DNA of 64,000 nucleotides from Candidatus Altimarinota bacterium (GCA_046314355.1 JBKBWQ010000001.1:1504001-1568000); one strand, 5' to 3'. Shown: positions 50,701-58,202, numbered from the stretch's first letter. Notes: generated from the letters alone by a model not told the origin. Numbers and translations are program-made.

Positions 50701-51757
50701 AGACTAGTGGCACACGATGCTGCTGTCCTGTAAGGCCAACTATAATATTTTCTGCGGTACTGACGTTCATTGCTCCCGGAATACCTCGACTAAACTTTGG
50801 ATCAAAGGAAGCGCCTCCTGTGGGAGCGTAATCCTCAATTATTCCTAAAGAATTAAGGACGGGTGCTGTTGCTGACTGAGCAGGAGTAAGATTGGGTGTA
50901 TGATTAAATAAGATTGTAGAAGGGTTACTACATCCTGTTTGTGAATTATACACATGACAGTTGGTAAAAGAGACTTCGTATTGTCCCTTCGGCAGTGTTT
51001 GTCCAACCCCAAGCATCACTGTAGATAATTTAATACCTGCCGTACCCGTACCGCAAGGATATGTGGTACTTTTTAATGCATAAGGCATTGTACTCTCTGG
51101 AATGTTCTTTGGAGCTATCCAGATTTTACACATAGTACTTGTCACTGTAGCTTGTCCGTCAATGGACCAGTATGGTATAAACGATACTTCATCAAGATCA
51201 CCATAATAATTATTGAAAGTTCCACTCCACGTCAACTGTCCTCCAGAGGCATCAGTATAAAATTTCCCCTGAGGATTAGGTGTTCCTCCCATTTCAAATC
51301 TTGTATAAGGTGAGGGGAGAGAGTTTGCTCTTTGAAGTGCTGTTGCGTATGTTATAGCTGAACACGTCTGAGTGCCTAGTCCTGCATCATTACAGGCTCT
51401 CATACTATCAACTCTTGTTTTATACTGAGGTTCTCCAGCAATAGTTGTAAAAGTGTGTACACCTAAGTCTATCACTCCATGAGGAAACACGCTTGGACAA
51501 GTTGCAAGTGCCCCATTATTGAAACTACATTTGATAGTATTAACTGTATTCTCTACCACCCAAGATACGGTACCTAAACCTCTTCCTCCGCCTAAAGTAT
51601 AATCAAACATCGAAACAATAGGAGTGGGAGTGCCAGCCGCAGAAGCAGCAGGGAGCATATCCCACATATTAGCCGGTACCGCATTACATAAGAATGCAGC
51701 GAGTGCCATATGGGCTATGAGTTTCTTTAATCTTGTTTTCATAAATATATTTTTCAT
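38714..51757 (-). CDS. Giant (4347 aa) secreted surface protein: Cys-rich N-region, Ig domain, YVTN/YncE-like beta-propeller, many bacterial Ig-like domains in three super-repeats, C-terminal dockerin/EF-hand-like loop
   Basis: Signal-like N-terminus; AYVA..GSNTVNVID and ISPDGSRVYV blades; many DxAGN/DTTAP motifs; GDLNGDG near C-terminus; no SLH or TM anchor seen. Confidence 0.9.
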   Translation of the reverse strand: MKNIFMKTRLKKLIAHMALAAFLCNAVPANMWDMLPAASAAGTPTPIVSMFDYTLGGGRGLGTVSWVVENTVNTIKCSFNNGALATCPSVFPHGVIDLGVHTFTTIAGEPQYKTRVDSMRACNDAGLGTQTCSAITYATALQRANSLPSPYTRFEMGGTPNPQGKFYTDASGGQLTWSGTFNNYYGDLDEVSFIPYWSIDGQATVTSTMCKIWIAPKNIPESTMPYALKSTTYPCGTGTAGIKLSTVMLGVGQTLPKGQYEVSFTNCHVYNSQTGCSNPSTILFNHTPNLTPAQSATAPVLNSLGIIEDYAPTGGASFDPKFSRGIPGAMNVSTAENIIVGLTGQQHRVPLVWNLSNYDAGSTCSVTVNTGTPTVTPCAPFIYYDNYFTNFATTKVLTFKACNGTQCTQGTSRVNIVDSAAATDAPVIFKQPSHVSVSIGQTATFTVGAYGSNLTYQWFDKFGAAIPGATAASYTTPAITASGSGNKYKVSISNGSGTVTSTAGILVIQSVSGVLAYVASYGSNTVNVIDTTNNSLLYSVSNTEYPMDITVHPDGSKVFASGLTTHKIPAINTISRQIAHTTDMGSTWINDVIFRGNRVFAASNGDKKIYELNVNDGSIIRSYPLTNGPIKLFNSARWLFATTGTEIVYLDPGNYQSTIPVTSLPYGIVSSPDGLYAYVANSTSLLKVNTETKVITTISVPGLSGNTTNNSLSISPDGSRVYVVSESTDKVYIIDTLSNSNVGNISIASDAKSAQVTSDGNQLYVMRTGFIDVYSTSTNALVTSISLPSSAVSSDIAMSTVATILSDTVAPTVGIQSLNNITTGYPLNTISVNDNGTPTTMSMTTSGVDILTNSSDNAGGSGINSNTYTVNVNGTVTSSLPSIFRIQRSQLSPGINTITISVKDIAGNSASETRKLYLDDQPPVFGWSINGVPSAMPNSAWTKTPVQVILSCTDNTPGCFTAATYQNVSAGAVSCTPTSTYTYTSSGSPSNTLTFSQPTSICAKAQDVLGTPSITNTYTLNVDTVLPTASIDNFITTTAGKTISQSGGVWYTNDKTPKMQFTTADTISGIASQTMKIDTGTPVNITGSEVILPTLSDGAHTITLTVTDNAGNISTASKSISVSTAGPVLTGTLRMPLLEGNKMWGDLNYAPLILPTGSNISKMVFKVINKTEGNIQEPLLVQISNLAGNSGTHRSGNEITLVKDANGDMEQIGLMFNHDRNAGGYSQGITEGILPRATLAGAQITYRAELTVYDSFGNTTTQILDDIKFDTLAPDFTSLTTFYQGSPVSSQISPILLNGINYIVYKDTAARYGFTALEATNSNTWSGQISNVIRNGSTIIEYFSAYTNSSKEAYLDDAFTLPGSNFKGPLTFTISDSGGNTSTRTIQFWHDPTPPVINTLNQALTTPGLATKDVTLNMNFTDNVALTTNVLISTNGYNYYLTIPAALLSADKKTISGQWTIPYASIPQLKEGTDTLQVKIFDAANNEAISGNITTLTDHTSPTINESLSNYSITPSVINLNLNVTDRSPLRTFFETTDLGKEATASAITRMLSIANIALTGRTLPYNFTITDDINTPAAFSVQNGMTFGSNTSGTSLNVASTYAPNNLPGGSSTTFTVTPPAGFGSPVNQTFAGALGNISINEAPKGTYGVQAVVTIPNKPTATFTGTITNTADLIGPKITAAPTLSATNAGKIMNQDGSSRYFTNDTSASASFSFTPYTEQSFPLTVKVNGAQAASYASIPTGTQTVSFSLSNPNNPVAYVIEISDAAGNKITYNYTVIMDNQTSNPVSGTTSNVALYEGTSGTFVPSSSLLLPYSSAVSAYLSDTSLAAFVVNAEDNWGNAPKVVIKKGAAVIVPSTTLTAIAGSTTNFTFTKKDIAVDVNATANYTVEITDIAGNVKSVPFSLKHYTSNPSIGSFTVNGGDTTVNTPTVTATVSTAGSSTLTYEVIVDGAVVSTGSLGNTSVTNAPISIPLGTPGTHTVKVVIIDELGHRTETSVQTVIYDTTAPTVSSMVLTAPANKKVLLQNNKWYTSSPTPALKVIMADAGGSNIDTSKSKIQLNGGVITAYTDNMTLPTLSAGTNDLLFFTADFAGNTVSSQITIILDTYTPTALGGITVDTISDLQNPNNSIKYNVPGAKDADTPANIGTVGLESVEIKLLSSKTGAAVSLTGKVVPTGFISLDPTDSTRLLIAPDTNGSLPAILTFSNLDKTVSGEQTAYTLQLSAKDKLGNTSVPILSAPASFDTLAPTFVGEVSIKDMPLRAADGKSWYILNQSTQSIITNLQENTNSGRTKTMPISLKAYAGAARDLSTVSTFMVNTTVSSEGSMELPITFPANYGGEVTFVAVDNAGNISTTKTINVYTDTTGPTIPAGQSAVVQVPSAANPTKELTLALRVSDSGMLSHRVTVAYGSTLKDLTLPDSVFQDSDRLISGNWVLTETDLPNFPQGSQNDLRVTFYDISNHAMVAGPVATNVDWKSPVVTNVSYAFKDNKTKLDLTFTVQDTSKTQLLAGVNVLFSEGTVSTASRTYTVRDIVLSGSSPYTFVLSDSLNPSTSIMVQDGFSLTRGAANASGIIPVQFVVNPAGTSRTVNLQITGPAGIPFTTLNQSFTTATGTINLNRPPKGTYVATATVIVDGKETTYEQNISITEDLIPITLGTTTLTAKTAGKSLGLNDAGTVYVTNDTVLSLNYTFEPSVEQSFPVKVLVNGVEKANFASALPTASQTLDIALSTPNTQQTYQVRFQDAAGNNTDLAYTVVQDTTAPVSGTVGESFTTLYQGNAGAFSPTPDILLKKSTVANEYLTSGSYAGIVVEAQDNWGSPTVSVKVNGNYLVSNASAILKTGTTDTYTYQKGNLTLTPDSTTQVIVEVKDRAGNISSSTYNVRQVTAKPQITALNVNNGKIQTSSTSVAGIISVTSTSAVKYEVLLGASIIGSGTFSQANPMNAPIQFTVQNQGNNSMKVRVTDELGNTAESNTFTIYLDTTPPQIDTVTVKATQPQTKAEIKNNKWYTNDVRPLIEVAASDAGSGLGAGATYSFSLNGGTAHVISSNSYQLESSLINGDNTVTVIIKDVAGATVSKVVNIIYDTGAPEFTGSMTIKNIQDLPNPNHFVDIAIPGVKDKDTGGYGVSGIDHMDMNIIDVNTGTAVSLAGKVTESATVDVSQTDPTVLTLKQDANGNWPVSIIFTNLPKKTAAGVQIIYRARLTAADLVGNTSSQTMDGISFDTKVPSFTETPDFAPLNTKNFDGINWTISKNKQINVSFTSLEEVDTGRALSLPLTLTVKSGATVLGTKSFSQIGRSTAQFDLPANFKNTVEFTLTDAAGNISAPYTASLWWDTTAPTAIAGNTTAIVQELGGLPGTNNLPLLIKAQDAGGMAKTALVEYSGKSMTLPIPASLFKDQDRQIDGIWTLTDQDVPEFPQGATSVLKITLSDTAGNLLPVNNIPIKYDSESPKINDMTYSFKNNNTQMDLSIAVSDVSLLSIRYNNQEIQKETSATNKDRTLTLSNVTLVGTGPYIFTLRDGINPDTQVTISDGLSLSFGAPSNETVPLNYVLSGSGDLTQAQAAFTISGPAGFTTFTKTQTGKTGSIVLTSPLKGQYTITTVVSIAGQNNVTYNNSLIFNQDIIAPKINDSRVGFDTVGDAPLGNTNGTFYTSASAIRMKYAFNSYIEQSFPVDVYVNRVKQTSFSVLPTDDQFVNIPLVNPNTTQSYSVEFVDAAGNTTKKDFTAVQDTVSPTHPTGTTMIKSYIGSTNFVANDSLLMKKSGVAEEYVTKNPMAAFVIMVEDEWGNTPMVRILKDGTEILPQTSMTNVANKVFSLTKKDAALTENALNSFRIEISDIAGNSYSEVILVRHDNSGPVITSINFNDGKEETNKTNNFGSVSVDATSSLTYKVLVDGQSVSNGVWSTADVSNAPLAFALAAQGSHNVIFSVTDELGQTTSSAAVVLTLDSIKPEAKLTVKDMKNVVYLSQKIDNTTTADPVLLTATRDRVSGSGMKLEVNEGRDVHFPISILTDSTQKPLAALYAQTPAASLADANAQSSTIIPLLSEGMNTLSVMLKDTFGNARSASLQIIRDTEGPSTTASVAETPEGNLKWDWNYADALNTPIDTVRIEVKNTTLGTIIYPKTSSPANFGTTTKSWTLSAADVRRGETYAMTIIATDNLGNASLARTISITPRSNTYDAFDPLDKDPTPIPWQNDPSITEVTVTLTQTNGTVYTAVIPKTPTLDLETFIDTASNGTKDKLPVGTYDVVITPVTTNSNVVPAKVETTITISPYYMDANGDLNGDGFGGGLSDYILYKEAKRIGNIYALVKVGILTEAEKKQDEERKARGTEIENIIINVMTTKLDEFMKK

Positions 51758-51787
51758 ATGTGTATTTGTTTTTTGTAGGGGGTAGAG

Positions 51788-54190
51788 TTAGGAGTTCTTC
51801 TTTATGACTTCCATGATGATCTTCACGGCTTCGGCTCTTGTGATAGAGTTAGCCGGTTTAAAGAGTACACGTCCGTTTTCTCTATATCCCTGTAGGAATG
51901 ATTGTCCGTAAGAAACATATTTGCCGAACCAGATGCCTGGAGTGATATCCTGGAATATACTCGCGCTTGGTCTCTCTGATACTTCAGTTTTTGTAGCTTC
52001 AACGATAATCTTAAGTGCCTCAGCTCTGTTGATAGAAATATTTGGTTTAAATGTTCTATCCGCATATCCTGATATCATATTCTCAGCCTTGGCTGTTGCC
52101 ACCACTGTAGCAAACCAATCCGTAAGACGTACGTCTATGAATGGTTTCTGTGAAAGATTTGTAATGATCTGTTTCTTGAAAGCATTAACCACTATCTTCG
52201 TAAGCTCAGCTCGCGTGATCAAGCTGTTTGGCTCAAAGAACCCAGGTTTTTTACCTTCGATGAGACAGTTAAGTCTAGCTTCTTCTATATAGTCCTCACC
52301 CCAATGATTCCTGATGTCTTTAAAGGACACCGCAGGTGTACATGTGGATCGTGCGTTATTAGTATTTGTATTCACTTCATCTCTCTTTCCAGCTCCGAAG
52401 TAATCTGAAGATTTATAGGAAACTACCCCTGATGAAGAGTAATTTGGAAGAGAGATAGGAGGATTATCAGTAAATCTTACAAGTACGCTGTATATTCCGG
52501 TAGTAGTGGTATTAAAAGTAATTTGAGCATTAGTCTTTGAAATGATGTCTCCGGCTGGTACCGCTGTCCATTTATTTGTATAGGTATCGTATACGACAGG
52601 AATAATCTCCGCTATCGTCTTTCCTGCAGGTGTGATAGATGCAGGGTTGATGGTAAAGGTGATCTGTGATGGTATAAAGAAAGTGGTTGGATGAGACCCG
52701 TCATTTTTATTTACGAGCTCTACTTTATAGATACCTGTTGCGTAGCTTTTCTGCTCCGGCGGAGTAAAGTTCTCAGGGCTCTGAGGTATGATGCTTGGAT
52801 CCACATGCATTAATGTTGCCTTTGCAGGGATGTGAAGAACTATCTCACCATTTCCTGCACTGAGATTCTTTTCTGTAGAAAGAGTAATCTCGTCTTTTAT
52901 TAATACTGCAGAGATGAGGTTGCCATCCTTATCATATTTTTTGTCGATGATAATTTTACTTCCATTCTTATCTGTATACTCTGAATGTACTGTATATGAT
53001 CCGTCTGGATTATAGGTATATGTTTCTACCAAGGTAGCGCCGTCAGGGTACGTAATCTGATGCTTGATCAGTTTACCATCATGATACCACCACTCTTCAG
53101 TAGTAATGCCTGCAGGATCATATGTCTTTGTACGGATATACACATCGACATCTCCAGGGCTATGTTTTTCATACCTGATTTCTCTATTCTGCGTATCGTA
53201 CCACCAGTGTTCTATTGTGCCATCTGGATATGTTTTAATGATTTCTGTGATATGTCCGTCTGCGGCATACCGTGTTTCAGTAATGATACCGTCAGGATAT
53301 GTGGTTTCAATGACAGTCTTAGTGCCATCAGGATACTCAATAGTATGAACAGTCTTAGTGATGTTTCCGTCAGGATCCTTGTAGGTCTCAAGAGTATGAT
53401 TGATTGTATCTCCGTTTGGATCTTTTTCAGTCCAAGTTTCTTTTATATATTGTGAATCATCAGGGAATGTATGTGTCTCCTTGATCACAGTTCCAGAATT
53501 CGTTGTCTCGATGACTTCTGTTTCAACAATATGCCCTGAGGTGATGACAGGTAGCGCTTTATTTGCGAAATTTACTGCACTGCTCTCTTGATCAAGGTAA
53601 AATTCTCCTGAGCTTGCCAATGTTGGTGCAGCAAGTAGACGTAGAGATTTGAGTTCTACATCTGTATTGATTCTTCTATCATGGGTTGCAAAAGCGATTT
53701 GTGCGACCTTTTCTCTTGGTTTTGTAAAAGCTGTGTTTTTGTTAAACTGAAAACGCAGAGTTCCAGTCTCAGTCCCATTACTGTTTTTTATAATACCTGT
53801 TACAAAAGAATCCACCGTGACACCCGGCATTCCCTGTATGAGATTGAGATGTGCAGAAAGTATTGATGGGTTATAGGTCAGTACACCACTTAAAGAGTTG
53901 GAAGTAAGACTCCCACTGCCTGTCACAGAGTAAATATCAACGATCACCAAGCCGCTGCCGTAGAGTTTTCCATCATTTTCCAAAACTACACCTGTACCTG
54001 CTTTCAACACTTCACCGGATGCAGATAGAGTTTTATAGCCAAGATACATACCCTTTTCCTGAGCTACGGTATTTTGACTAATCAGATCACCACGCAGGAA
54101 GTTTCCTAGTGGTGATAAGAGCAGCAGCAGTATCGTCGCTATGGACGTCAAAGCTACTCCTAGCCAAATATTTTTTTGTTTTTGTGTCAT
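51788..54190 (-). CDS. SLH protein with N-terminal TM/signal, cohesin-like domain and YPDG beta-hairpin repeats
   Basis: Hydrophobic N-terminus; LSGVLTYNPSIL...GTLRFQF...VAQIAF; many (Y/D)PDG turns; SLH FEPNSLITRAE, GYADRTFKPNISINRAE, FKPANSITRAE. Confidence 0.85.
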   Translation of the reverse strand: MTQKQKNIWLGVALTSIATILLLLLSPLGNFLRGDLISQNTVAQEKGMYLGYKTLSASGEVLKAGTGVVLENDGKLYGSGLVIVDIYSVTGSGSLTSNSLSGVLTYNPSILSAHLNLIQGMPGVTVDSFVTGIIKNSNGTETGTLRFQFNKNTAFTKPREKVAQIAFATHDRRINTDVELKSLRLLAAPTLASSGEFYLDQESSAVNFANKALPVITSGHIVETEVIETTNSGTVIKETHTFPDDSQYIKETWTEKDPNGDTINHTLETYKDPDGNITKTVHTIEYPDGTKTVIETTYPDGIITETRYAADGHITEIIKTYPDGTIEHWWYDTQNREIRYEKHSPGDVDVYIRTKTYDPAGITTEEWWYHDGKLIKHQITYPDGATLVETYTYNPDGSYTVHSEYTDKNGSKIIIDKKYDKDGNLISAVLIKDEITLSTEKNLSAGNGEIVLHIPAKATLMHVDPSIIPQSPENFTPPEQKSYATGIYKVELVNKNDGSHPTTFFIPSQITFTINPASITPAGKTIAEIIPVVYDTYTNKWTAVPAGDIISKTNAQITFNTTTTGIYSVLVRFTDNPPISLPNYSSSGVVSYKSSDYFGAGKRDEVNTNTNNARSTCTPAVSFKDIRNHWGEDYIEEARLNCLIEGKKPGFFEPNSLITRAELTKIVVNAFKKQIITNLSQKPFIDVRLTDWFATVVATAKAENMISGYADRTFKPNISINRAEALKIIVEATKTEVSERPSASIFQDITPGIWFGKYVSYGQSFLQGYRENGRVLFKPANSITRAEAVKIIMEVIKKNS

Positions 54191-54296
54191 AATAGTACTT
54201 GATAGAAAAATCGCTTTCTGATTATTATACCATTTTCTACTCCGAAAAACGACAACAATACTTGCCGTAATTTAATTATTAACCACAATACTATTT

Positions 54297-55376
54297 TTAA
54301 ATGCTGAAGTCTCTGAGTACATTGATCAATTCTTTTGTCGCACTTACTGAATGCATAGGAAAATTAGCGATTCTGATTAATTTATCCTTGTCCTCTCCAT
54401 AACCGCTTCCTACGATAAAGTTATGAGATTTTGCGTATTCCATCAGATGACTAGATCCCCAAGGGGTTGCGATGCCAAATACTGTGTCAGAACGCCACGT
54501 TTTGTTTTGTACTAGAGAATGGAGTACAGGACTATGATCAAGAAAGGTATACATGAGGTCTGCTTTTATTTTTATATCTTTTCTGATAGAAGGTAAATTG
54601 GAAAGCATATCTGATGCTACTTTTCCTAAAAGATAAATCCCTAAAATATTAGGTGTCTCAGGAGTAGAGAAGAGAGCTTCATAATGCGCAAGATTCGGAA
54701 AATTGTGATAGGTGCCAATGGATAGACCTTTACTTTGCAGCTTTCTGCTTTTTTCCAGACATTTTTCATTGATCACAAGTACACCCATTCCAGCGGGTAA
54801 TCCAAACCCTTTTTGTATGGAAAAAAATACAGAATCTATCTTTGAAAAATCGATCTCTGCATAGGGTGCAGTGGTCACGATATCAAGGGCAATGAGAGCA
54901 TTTGGATATTTTGCTTTTAGTGCATAAATCTCCTCAAGAGGCGCCATCACACATCCGCTTGTCTCACAATGAGACATCGTAATAAGCTCAGTATTTTCAG
55001 GCAGATCATAGGATGGAAAGTGAAACCCTTCACCGAGAGATGCAGTATAAATTACTGGTTCTTTTTGCAGCTCCACCGCACAGTCATACATTCTCTTTGA
55101 AAAAGCACCATTTACAAAATGCACACTGGTTTTCTCTACACAATTCTCTATCAGTCTCTCCATGGCTTCTGTAGCTGATCCAAGAAAAAAGATATGAAAA
55201 TCTTCCGGAATATTCAGAAGTTTTTTTAAATTTTCCTGACTTGCCCGGAAAATATCGTGAAAAGCAGGACTTCTATGAGATATAGAGAAAATATGATCAC
55301 GTTTTGCATCCTCCAGAAACTCATAGAGCTTAGGATAGTGCATCGTTGGTCCTGGTGTGAAATACTGTGGAGACAT
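54297..55376 (-). CDS. serC: Phosphoserine aminotransferase (class V PLP enzyme)
   Basis: FTPGP, SISHRS, GSATEAME, HCETSG, FFSIQKGFGLPAG, TPETPN, GSGYG..K..IRIANFP. Confidence 0.85.
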   Translation of the reverse strand: MSPQYFTPGPTMHYPKLYEFLEDAKRDHIFSISHRSPAFHDIFRASQENLKKLLNIPEDFHIFFLGSATEAMERLIENCVEKTSVHFVNGAFSKRMYDCAVELQKEPVIYTASLGEGFHFPSYDLPENTELITMSHCETSGCVMAPLEEIYALKAKYPNALIALDIVTTAPYAEIDFSKIDSVFFSIQKGFGLPAGMGVLVINEKCLEKSRKLQSKGLSIGTYHNFPNLAHYEALFSTPETPNILGIYLLGKVASDMLSNLPSIRKDIKIKADLMYTFLDHSPVLHSLVQNKTWRSDTVFGIATPWGSSHLMEYAKSHNFIVGSGYGEDKDKLIRIANFPMHSVSATKELINVLRDFSI

Positions 55377-55513
55377 AAAATAACGCGTTGTATAAAACGG
55401 AGTGAGTATAGTTGAGGTAGGTAGAAAAAAGCAAAGAAATTGGTGAATTTATTTTAAGGTGAGTATTTTAAAATAGATAACTATGAAAACCTTCTTCATA
55501 CCATAAGGGTACC

Positions 55514-55831
55514 TTAATATCTTTCTACGCCTAAATCCGCCTCCTGAGAAAAACGATCTATTCCACCTTCCAAGTTGTAAATCTCCGTAAACCCATTTTC
55601 ATCTAAATACTCACATGCTTGTATACTTCTTATTCCATGATGACAATAGAGTACAAGAGGAGTATTTCTTGGAAATACGTCTATCTTTAATGGGAGGAGA
55701 TGGAGAGGAATATGTACCCCTCCAATATTGACTAGTTCACGTTCCTCGGAGGTACGTACATCGATCACTATCGCATCGGGGTGTTTTTCCAGGAATGTAG
55801 CATACTCTAAAGCAGGCAGCTGATGTATCAT
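55514..55831 (-). CDS. Single-domain rhodanese/sulfurtransferase
   Basis: VIDVRT..E, HIPL, LYCHHGIRS, NLEGGI. Confidence 0.92.
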   Translation of the reverse strand: MIHQLPALEYATFLEKHPDAIVIDVRTSEERELVNIGGVHIPLHLLPLKIDVFPRNTPLVLYCHHGIRSIQACEYLDENGFTEIYNLEGGIDRFSQEADLGVERY

Positions 55832-55986
55832 TTTGTATACTTAAAAATCTTATACAAATAGTATGCACTTTGTACTAGTAAGCAAGAGCTAGATCTTTAT
55901 TTCACTAAGATCTATGAAATCACAGAATAGGTTGAACTAAAAAGCCTTTGCACTAGTATGGGTATATAATAATTAGTTTTCTTTCT

Positions 55987-57363
55987 ATGCAGCTTCCCGA
56001 AATCTTTAAGGCGCAATTTGATGAACTTCTTCCTGTAGAGGAACAGAATGCTCTTTTTGCAACTATAGAATCCGGAGAAGCTTCTACTTCAGTGCGCTAT
56101 AATCCTTTGAAAAAGGCTCAGAGAATGGATGGAAAAACCATCCCGTGGTCTGAGAATGGTATTATTCTGCCTGAACGGCCGGACTTTACTCATGATCCGC
56201 TTTTTCAGGCCGGTACATATTATGTCCAAGATGCCAGCACACAGCTTTTGGAATATTTTATAAAAGAAATTCAGAAAGAAGCAAAAATTGAAACAGTACT
56301 GGATCTCTGTGCTGCTCCAGGAGGGAAAACTACCCATCTCTTGTCTCTTTTAGGGGAAGATACTCTAGTGATCGCCAATGAAGTCATCGCGACCCGTACC
56401 AAGATGCTTTATGAAAATACTGGTAAATGGGGATATCCGAATCTTGTGCTTATCAATAAAGATCCTAAATATCTCTCGCATGTGGCAGACTACTTTGACT
56501 GTATTGTCGTAGATGCGCCATGCAGCGGAGAAGGATTATTTAGAAAGGATCCAGGAGCAGTAGATGAATGGTCTCCTGAACAGGTCATGCAGTGCAGTCT
56601 CCGGCAAAAGCGTATCCTCTCTGATGCTCTGATTGCTTTGAAGCCGGGAGGCTACCTGATCTATAGTACCTGCACATACAATTATCTTGAGGATGAATAT
56701 ATCGTGGAATGGCTGCAGGAGGATTTTGGCTTTGAAGGACAGCATTTCGACTTGCCTGAGGTGTGGAACCTGTCTGCCACAGAAGCGGAGAATACTTCCT
56801 GTTTTAGGACATTCCCGCATAGGATTGAAGGAGAAGGCTTCTTCATTGCAGTACTCAAAAAACCTCTTGATCAAAGGGCATTAAAGCCTGTGAGAGACCG
56901 AAAATCTGCATTTACCCTGAAGCCGCTTGCCGAAAAAGCAGTTACAGCTTGGTTTAAGGAGCCTAAAAAATATATGCTTTTTGAGGATCATGGAACTATT
57001 ATTGCTTTCCCAAAAAAGCATTTTGAAAATTTTCAGAATCTTGCAAAGGAACTGTGGCCGGATAGTTTCGGGATAAAGGTAGCTGAGAGAAAGGGACGCG
57101 ATATTGTCCCGACTCACGACCTTGCACTCTCCACTATTCTTCGTGAAGATGCATTCCAAACTCTTGAAGTCTCAAAGGAAGCTGCCCAGCAGTTTCAGAA
57201 AAAGGAACCGCTCACTCTTGATGAACTGAATATTTCTGCACAGACTGGAAATCTTGAGGGATATGTCCTGCTTACATTTCAGCAAATACCGCTGGGATTT
57301 ATAAAGGTATCCAATAAAAAAATATCCAATCTTTACCCAATGGATTGGCGCGTAAGAAGATAG
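55987..57363 (+). CDS. rsmF: RsmF/NOL1/NOP2/Sun RNA m5C methyltransferase
   Basis: AGTYYVQDAS, VLDLCAAPGGKT, VDAPCSGEG, LIYSTCT, GEGFFIA, C-terminal NLYPMDWR. Confidence 0.92.
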   Translation: MQLPEIFKAQFDELLPVEEQNALFATIESGEASTSVRYNPLKKAQRMDGKTIPWSENGIILPERPDFTHDPLFQAGTYYVQDASTQLLEYFIKEIQKEAKIETVLDLCAAPGGKTTHLLSLLGEDTLVIANEVIATRTKMLYENTGKWGYPNLVLINKDPKYLSHVADYFDCIVVDAPCSGEGLFRKDPGAVDEWSPEQVMQCSLRQKRILSDALIALKPGGYLIYSTCTYNYLEDEYIVEWLQEDFGFEGQHFDLPEVWNLSATEAENTSCFRTFPHRIEGEGFFIAVLKKPLDQRALKPVRDRKSAFTLKPLAEKAVTAWFKEPKKYMLFEDHGTIIAFPKKHFENFQNLAKELWPDSFGIKVAERKGRDIVPTHDLALSTILREDAFQTLEVSKEAAQQFQKKEPLTLDELNISAQTGNLEGYVLLTFQQIPLGFIKVSNKKISNLYPMDWRVRR

Positions 57364-57365
57364 TC

Positions 57366-58133
57366 TTAGTACCTAAGTGTGTGGAGACGCTGCTTGATAT
57401 GATATAAATTGATCAGTTTCTTAAGGATGAATTTTTCTTCACGAAGTTCTGAATGCGATAGACTCTTAGTATAGATAGGATCCACTTCCAGCTGAAATGA
57501 AATATCTTCAAGATATTTCAGATTTAAGATAGTGAGTGGTTTGTGAAACACAGTAAGCTGCTTTATATGTCCGCATAGTTCCTGCATATATATAGAATTG
57601 CCCTCACAATCCAGTACTGTCTCCAGGTCAGCTTTATAGGTTAGAAAACTATACATATAGGTAAGTATAATATAGCTTTTTACAGAAACGGGGTAACAGA
57701 GATGTGCATGTTTTGAAATATACTCATTGTAGGCGGCAAGGTATACAATTTCTTCCAATAATACACTGGCAGGTAAAGTATCCATCTGATCAAAGAGCTC
57801 AGCTATTGTGAAGCGTGGAGGACGTTTAAGGAGCTTCAAATCAAACTTACGAAGCTCCTTATCTATCAAAAAGATATCATCTTCCTGCGTAAGAAACCCT
57901 TCCTTTTGATCTTGAAACAGCTGTTTCAATTCTGGAGTGACATCCATATCCCTAGAAACTTCAAGGGCATTAGCCGAAAGATTCGAGGACTGTACTGTTA
58001 GCAGCGACTGTATCTGCTCAATAGTAACTTTTGAAGCTAAGTTGACGGAGGTGTCTGCACATACTGGATTATTTGGCCAGAGAGGATTTGTACTCGGATC
58101 CTTAAGTGTATATCGCTCAAATTGCCGGTCCAT
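57366..58133 (-). CDS. Hypothetical protein
   Basis: 255-aa ORF with TTGACA-16-TAATAT at 58161-58188. Confidence 0.65.
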   Translation of the reverse strand: MDRQFERYTLKDPSTNPLWPNNPVCADTSVNLASKVTIEQIQSLLTVQSSNLSANALEVSRDMDVTPELKQLFQDQKEGFLTQEDDIFLIDKELRKFDLKLLKRPPRFTIAELFDQMDTLPASVLLEEIVYLAAYNEYISKHAHLCYPVSVKSYIILTYMYSFLTYKADLETVLDCEGNSIYMQELCGHIKQLTVFHKPLTILNLKYLEDISFQLEVDPIYTKSLSHSELREEKFILKKLINLYHIKQRLHTLRY

Positions 58134-58202
58134 AAGTAGAGTATGACATTTATTATGCGAATATTATTGTATTACTCGTAGTTGTCAATTCTCTTCAAAA
58201 AT

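Noticed and set aside
52910-53480. RHS/YD polymorphic toxin
   Set aside because: Repeat tract is short, lacks the RHS core end motif and toxin/immunity pair, and the protein ends in SLH domains
40987-53866. Many short overlapping or antisense ORFs within the giant adhesin and scaffold genes (likewise within nrdAB, atm1, rsmF)
   Set aside because: Fully nested in well-supported genes, with no motifs or expression signals; expected shadow ORFs
54297-55376. SerC-like enzyme as the prephenate aminotransferase feeding the TyrA fusion
   Set aside because: About 36 kb away, and the prephenate aminotransferases I know belong to other classes; no sequence support
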